Origin: Eledone cirrhosa
Taxonomy: Eukaryota
Reading direction: 5' to 3'
Length of the DNA: 64,000 nucleotides
NCBI GenBank assembly: GCA_964016885.1
Contig: OZ024743.1
Location: 63,364,001 to 63,428,000 of the forward strand
Positions within the stretch are counted from its first letter, which is position 1. The number at the start of each line of letters is the position of its first letter. A program made the position numbers and the translations under genes. Below the pieces are notes generated by a model, which saw nothing but the letters and a program-made list of their open reading frames with translations, made no database searches and was not told where the DNA came from. Positions 56,499-64,000 of this stretch are shown here, piece by piece.

Positions 56499-57691
56499 TT
56501 AACGAGTTACAGGAAAAACTTAATCTGATCTAAATTACATCATGGCTGATATTATTGCATGATGTGACATATTTGAAATGTTTGGAGTCAGATATTTTTA
56601 TTGGCATTCAACTTTCCATTAAGTAAATAAACATACCACCACCCAGCAATCTCACATTTCACCTACACTTTTTCTGATTATCAACAACCTACTTTCCAGT
56701 TCATCTCAATTTTACCTACACTCTTACTTGCTCATCAACTTATTTTCCTACCCATCCTATCCATGTAGCCACCAATCCACTCCACTTCTCTGCCATAGAT
56801 TAATTATATCTATCCACTCCTAAGCCAGTGACTCAATAGTACACCTGTATTTTCCTCTTAACTTTACTTTACTACTGCCAAACTACCTCTACCACTTACC
56901 TTGCCAGATCATTAGACCTTAAAAATACTGTTTCAAAACTTCCGCTTGAGTAAGTGAAGTCTATAAATTACAAGTTAGTTTCATTTCAGGTTATACACAT
57001 CACTACATTTATATTTATGGTGAAACATTTATTAGACTAGCAATGATTAAGCAACAGCAACAAGCATTTTAACACGTTGACTCCCAAACCACATTTCCTG
57101 TTTTGTTCCAGGATACTAATGATTTCATAATTTATTTTAATGAGTGTCATAATATATATTTTTACTATATCATATGTGAGACAAGGATCACAGGGAGTAA
57201 TTTTTAACCACAATTTACTAATGAGTCATTTAGTACCCAAGTTCAAATTACAACCTAAGGTTCCTTATGACCCGCGCATTAAACAAAATAGAATTGAAAC
57301 CCACCTCCTTTTGATTGTGTGGGTTCAACAGACATACCACCAAAACCCTCCAGTGGACCATCTGGTAGCAAACGTGTAACAGTCAATTTCCTTGATAAAG
57401 CAGGTTAGACATGTAGACACCCATGACAGAATTTATACTCATCATGGGGTCCTTTTTGAGACAATATTTTACAGCTGGATGCCCTTTCTGGCACCAACTC
57501 TTAGTTGCCTCTTATGAGATTCAGGAATGTGGTTTGCCAATGTTGAACCAAATATACACAGAATTAGAATAGCAATGTTTACTTTACACTATTAGACTAC
57601 TACTACACCTGAAGATGAGAGAGAGGAGTAACCATGTTGAAATATTATGTAATGAGAAAATACAAAGAAAATAACCCAAAACTTTAACAAT

Positions 57692-58127
57692 GTGAAGGCG
57701 CATGGCTTAGTGGTTAGAGCATTGGGCTTGCAATCGAAAGGTTGAGAGTTCACTTCTCGGACCGGGTGATGTGTTGTTTCCTTGAGCAAGACGCTTTATT
57801 TCACATTGCTTCAGTTTACTCAGCTGTAGAAATGAGATTATAGGACTGGGATCCCTATCATTCCACTGCAAAGTGGTCGTGGAGGTGCCACGGCAAAAAA
57901 GCACCCAGCCCACACTGTAAAGTGGACGTGTAGGCGCCACGGAAAAAAAGCACCTAGCACTCACTGTAAATGAGGTTGGTGTTAGGAAGGGTATCCAGCT
58001 GTAGAAATCAAGCCTGAATCAGTTCCCATATGAGCAAGACAAGGTCAGCTGACCGGACGCTGCCCACAACAGGACAACCCGTCTAACCCATGCTAGCATG
58101 GAAGAACAGACGTAAAAACAGTGATGA
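57692..58127 (+). mobile_element. Near full-length tRNA/CORE-like SINE with RTE subfamily C 3' UTR
   Basis: Head matches 9437-9650; 57870-58115 matches the reverse complement of 41820-42060. Confidence 0.88.
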
Positions 58128-60596
58128 AGCCGTAAATAGTTTAAACTAGAAATAGTCAAAAGTCATGTATTTTAAACCTTACAGCCATAGTAATCAAATA
58201 TAATGCCAGAAATAAAATAAAAAATGTTAAGCTTATCTTTGCGTTAAAAACTAACAAAACACTCCTTAATTAAACACTACTAATGGTGTTGTTCATATTA
58301 ACAGGAATGTCTCTTCTTTGGTGCATAATTTGTAGCTTACTCACAAGGGTCAACAAAATCTCTTTAATGTTCTTTGAACTGATAATCTTTCAGGAGCTGA
58401 TTGGCATGCTAATAATAATAATAAGATTGTTGCTAAAACTGAAGGGAGGTCTGCTGCACGTGTGAGATATGCCATGATTTATGAGAGTGAGACATGGATG
58501 ATGAATAAGGAACAGCAGAGAAGGCTGGAAGGAATAGAAATGGAATGAATGGTTCACTGGATGAACAAAGTATCGCTCAGAGAGGGGAGGACAAATAATG
58601 AATTCCAGAGGATGATGGAAATAGAGTCAGTGACTAATGTTGTAAAGAGAAATTGAATGAGATGGCTGGGTCATGTGTTGAGAAAGGATGAAAAGGGTGA
58701 GAGAAGTGATCGTAATGAAAGTGGAAGGAAGTAGGGGAAAGGAAAGACGTGGTTAAAGATGATAGAGGAGTTGTAGACAATAAAGAGGATGGCCAGTTTT
58801 TTAGTACTTTATCAATCTCTTTTTGTCAAACTGCTAAGTTATGGGACATAAACACACATACACACACACAAATACATATAATGTGCTTCTGTCCATTAAT
58901 TTTCACTCACAAGGTGTTAGTAAACCAAAGGCTATAGTGGAAAACATGCCCAAGGTGCTGCACAGTAGGACTAAACCCAAAACCATGACAGTGAAACAAA
59001 CTCCTTAACCACAGGGCTATGTCTGCACCTACAATTTTTATTACAGCTGACATCTATGCAGATTTAGCTGCCCTGATATAAGGTTGTATTTCATAAGAGA
59101 TTCCTCAGGTGTTTTAATGATAGGGTGGCTCCAGTCCTATCATGGAAAGCAACACAAAATGAAGTGACTTGCTCAACAACACAATATGCCATCTGGTCCG
59201 GGAATTGAATCCATGACCTTATGTTTATGAATCCAACACCCTAACCACTAGGCCATACACCTTGACTGCACTCAGCCCATACTGAAAAGTGCTAGAGCTG
59301 GTTTGACAATAACGTACACCCAGCCCACTCTGTAAACCAGTAGTGCTCGTGTAACAATAAAAAAAAACCTAGTCCACCCTGTCACGTGGTAGTACCACAA
59401 TAAAACAAGATACATGCCATGGTATGGTTGGCGTAAAGAAGGGCATCCAGTTGTAGAAACCATGCCAGAATGGAACTTATGGGCAAAATGCAGTCAGGCA
59501 TATATATATATAAAAACTATATATAAATACACACACACAAATATATATATAAACATATAAATTCAGCAGTTAAATGGCTCTTAAGTGTGATTTAACTCTG
59601 CCTAGATCATTTATTAGATTGCATTCCTAGAACAGACGCATTACGTGAAGTAGAAGGTACTATTCTAAAAATAATTACTAATCATAGAGTTTCTTATTAG
59701 TGTTTGGTGCTAGGCATGTGGCAAGCACAGATGTAAAACATGTGCTCCAAGGACATATGAAAATGTCTAGAATTACAAACCCACTCAATACTCAACACAA
59801 TCTTTAGCAATACGTGAAGATGTGTAGCTTAATGGTTAGAGTGTTGTACTCATGCTCATAAAGCCACGGGTTTGATTCCTGGACTGAGCAGTGCATTGTT
59901 TTCTTGAGCAATACACTTTATTTTACATTGCTGTTAATGATAGGATTGTGGCTCTATCATTAACTTTTAACTGTTAATGATTCAGCAAATAATCTCTAAA
60001 AATGAGTTTAATAATTCAAATGTTTACAGTATCTTTATTTGTGGATAGACAGACCACAGTGAAAATTGACAGTGTGAGAGTAAAGACATTAATTCTTAAT
60101 GTGGTGCAAACTTGGTGCTATTTCGTAATTTTCAAGAATGTCTAGCTAATGTGGTTTCATGTGGTACAGGATGTTAAGTGCTAAAAAACATCCCGGAAAC
60201 CTATGAAATACAGCTTCAGAGGGCGCTAGCTAAACCAGCATAGGCACGAGCTGTAAATGATATTTTATTTCATTTCCTACGGCAACAACAATTTATTCCG
60301 TTTATCAGTTTTACAGACAGATTTTTTTTTATTTACTGGGTTCCTACAGCTCACATCTATGCAGGTTTAGTGTTAGGAGACTCAGTTCTAGAATAAAAAG
60401 CAACATAAAATAAAACTTCTTGCTCAAAAACACAACACACCACCTGATCAGAAATTGAACCCACAACCTTATGATTGTAGGTCAAACACCCTAGCATATA
60501 TGAATAATTACTGTATATCTCAGTATCAAAGCTGCTTCAACATTGTGGATGCACACCCATTTTAAGTTACTAAATTTTTTTTTTATAACCGTTTAA

Positions 60597-60814
60597 CCCT
60601 TGAGCATTTACATTACTCTATATTTACTATTATATTTTCACAGTAAAAACCTTACCTTACATAATTATCTAACATAATATCAAATCTATGAGATTTTGAT
60701 ATTTATTTTGAGAACAATACCTTAACATAAGTATGAGCAGCTAGTTATGGCCAGTTTGAAATGAAAAAGGTAAGAGAATTCTGACTGGATACGGCTGGTT
60801 TAAATGCTAAAGGG
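60597..60814. mobile_element. piggyBac-like MITE with TTAA duplication
   Basis: TTAA-cccttgagcattta ... taaatgctaaaggg-TTAA. Confidence 0.8.
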
Positions 60815-60934
60815 TTAAGCCTATAACCTACAGAGTAAATTGTCAAGATTTATTTAGGGAAAATAAGCAGCATTTTCCATGCCAGAAAAAAATGGTAATT
60901 ACTTACATAGACAAATATATACATTAAGAAATAC

Positions 60935-63512
60935 CATCACTATCATCATCACCATTTAACCTCCATTTTCCATGCTAGCATGGATTAGATGAGCAGTCCC
61001 ATTGTGAGACAGCCAAATTGGATCACTGTGTATTGTTCATACAGAACAGATTTTGGCCTGGTTTCTACAGCTGGATGCCCTTCCTAATGTCAACCTCATT
61101 TACAGTGTGTACTGGGTTCTTTTTGACATAACACCTACACAACCACTTTACAGTGTGGACTGGATGCTTTTGTCGTGACACCTACATGACTAAATATATA
61201 CACTGAAAATTAAAACTTCAGTATAGTAATGTGGTTGTACGTGGTTCAGGGGCATTTCATAGATAGTTTAATGAGTGACAAGATAACTAGAGAACAGCCA
61301 TCAAGATGGCAGTATAATTGGGGGGGGGGGGACAAATAATCACAATATTAATTGTTAGTATATTATCAGCAACAATGAGGCTCTGAAGTACCATATTTGA
61401 TGGCATATAAAACACCCCTAACCTATTTTTTCTCAAAAAAAAAAAAAAGGTTTAAAATATATCAGCCATGTCTGAATGTGCAATTGATGTATCAATAACA
61501 GTAAATGCTTATAGTAAGTTATGAAGATATTGAAAATTTTTAGTCAGAAATATTTGCTCTGAATGAATTTCAAACACACCATTTTTACTTCTAACTAAAC
61601 TAAGTTATTAACATGGTGAAGTGATGACAGATACACACTTAACTTTGAAACCCAGATGACTGGAGAGCTGCATTGTAGTTACATATAATTTCCAGGGAAT
61701 ATCACAAAGAGAGGCATCACTTACAGACACTACTAAAAAGAAAGCAACTAATTAAGACATAGCTACATTCACGACAACAACTAGCCAATAAGGGAGCCTG
61801 CACTTGGTTGGGTTTTATTACTGGACCAGGTTGTATGTTGCGTTCTAGAGCAAGTCACTTCATTTCACATTGCTTTTCATGATAACACTGGAGCCTATCA
61901 TTAAAACAACCAACAAACCTCCTATGAGATGAAATCTTGTTGGATATCTAAACCTCTATGAGTGTGAGCTGTATGGGTTACAGCACACACTGTAAATGTT
62001 AGGAAGGGCATCCAACTGTAGAAACCAAGACAGAAACAGTTCTGTTTGAGCAAGACACGGTTACCTGAATGGGACAACCTGTCTAACCCATGCTACCATG
62101 GAAAGTGGCCGTTAATCGATGATGGTGGTGATAATGATGAAATATGATGTTAGAAATGCCGTCATAATTAAATATTTAATTTTAACTAAGTCCTTCCAAA
62201 TTTTTCATAAATTTATTCGAATATTGTGTATTTATGAGAAATATAGTCATAAATGGGTTAAGCATTTGGTATGATTTCAATTTCTCCTTTGAAAAGCGCA
62301 GTTTCACTCACTTTAAGTAATGTGTGAAAATCACATCTTTGTCAATAATTCCTCTTCATTATAAATTTTGATGTAACATGTCTGTACGAGAAACCATACT
62401 GACCTGGGAAAAATAATTGTTTTAAGCTCCAACTTAAGATAAAGCTCTTCACTAAACAAGCTGCAAATCAGTCAGAGCTGAACTTCCTATCTTCTCATAC
62501 ACGAACTTCTTAACTCATGAATCATTTTTTTTTTTTTTGCATGACACATATGAGAAATCTGTCAAATCCCTCCACCACCACCTCTACATCAACAAGAAAT
62601 ATACTTACATACGATTGTTACTAGTACTAGTAGAGTACTAAACCTTTTCAATCAAGTCTGCTATAATTTCTTGTGAGAAATTATAGCAGAGACATATCTT
62701 GGTACTAAGCCAAACTATATACAGATGAATCTTATATGTTATGGTAGTAACTTAATCATATTATCTTCTCTGTCTATGACACTATATGTGTCTTTTAAAA
62801 AGAGAGGCAAGTAGGGGATTGGGATGGCAAACAAAAAACAAAAAAAACTTTTTTAAATCTTACTAAGGTTTGTCAACTTAGTTTTAAGTTTTAACTATTT
62901 TGTTACCTTATCTATAATATCAAAGTGATTCTATCTGTGGCATAAATTGGAGAGAGAGAGGGAGATAGAGACTGGTGGTGCTGAATGCTTTCTTTTAAAC
63001 TTACACTATATGAAGAATATTGCTTATCCTCAAATTATGAATAAAATATTTCAATTTGGTAGTTTTTCATTTATTAAATGTATTCAATGTATATGTAATT
63101 AAATACTGTCTATATTATTTGTGTATGTGTATATATGTATATAACTTAGAAATGAAACATTTAAAATGCCATCAGGCCCTCTTCATAACATTGCCGCCCA
63201 GGGCTCCATTATGAGTAAGGCTTGGTGCAGCCAACTGGCCAATCCTTCCTCATAATGGGACCACCTGACTCCCAAACTATGGTTCTGATGTGAGCAGGGT
63301 ATGGCCAGGCCCTCCTCATAACAGTGCCACCCAGTTCCACATTGTAAATGTGGTTGGTGTTAGGAAGGGTATCCAGCTGTAAAAATCCCAGCCAAATTAC
63401 AGTTCCATCTGAGCAAGATATGGCACTGCCAGCTGGCCAGACTTTTCTCATTACGTGAGAGACCCATCTAACCCATGCAAGCATGGAAAAATAGACATTA
63501 AATGGTGATGAT
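60935..63512. mobile_element. Scattered RTE/SINE 3'-tail remnants (60935-61190 minus, 61985-62140 plus, 63330-63512 plus)
   Basis: Shared ggttggtgttaggaagggcatccagctgtagaaa...acccatgc.agcatgga motif; more copies near 8850, 11710, 13280, 14630, 51630, 51950 and 54930. Confidence 0.7.
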
Positions 63513-64000
63513 TGATCTTTAATACTTGGTCTTTGTTTCTAATTAAACCATGGAATTTCCATGGAGTCTAATTTCTAATGAAATATACTGCTATTGATTT
63601 TCAAATAAATAAAAAAATAATCACGGATTTAGGGATTTAGTAATATACCTAATTTTCTCATTATTTATCTGGTGTTTTGTACATAGACATTTTAATATAA
63701 AATTATGAATAATTCGACCCTTGTTTCTAATGAATGACACTGCCTATAATTTTCAAATCATTTTGAAAATAACCAAGAATTTAAAGGGATTTAAGCTGAT
63801 GTTTGGAGTATAATTTAAGAAAGGTTCTTACATAAAATTATGATGGAAAGTTTTGTAGAATCAGGAGTGCTTCCAGTTAGTTTGATATCATAAGAGTTAA
63901 CGTCTATTAGAGTTCAACAAAATATGTATGTCATATACTATAGATGCATCAATCCACTAGATATTCTTTATAAACCTGCTTCCTACTAAGGCCTTATCAT

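Noticed and set aside
57692-57765. tRNA-like sequence with A and B boxes (also at 9437)
   Set aside because: SINE head continuous with CORE-like and LINE-derived parts; not a tRNA gene

Overview
AT-rich, repeat-dense eukaryotic DNA. The SINE and RTE families resemble those of octopus/cephalopod genomes (inference). No confident host gene was found, only weak minus-strand exon candidates. The flanks (1-18.9 kb and 50.6-64 kb) hold old SINEs, MITEs, a decayed mariner and LINE remnants. The centre (about 18,960-50,560) is a ~31-kb compound array of (TA)n tracts punctuated by a fixed core, GCAAGACC(A), roughly 300 copies by eye. That core is the exact reverse complement of the 9-10 nt of an old RTE LINE that abut the array's left end (TGGTCTTGCT, the RT 'AKTK' codons). 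This suggests the satellite was born locally by repeated fold-back copying from a self-complementary (TA)n. The array shows orientation flips, one near-perfect inverted triplication, stepwise core variants and a 2.3-kb A/T-only tract. It is a sink for retroelements: seven 5'-truncated RTE LINEs with (GAT)n tails (the longer ones show a PHD finger inside the RT) and pieces of at least five Penelope-like element (PLE) families. One PLE has a 709-aa RT+GIY-YIG ORF and inverted pseudo-LTRs, and several carry hammerhead-ribozyme motifs. The many long I/Y-rich ORFs are microsatellite artefacts.
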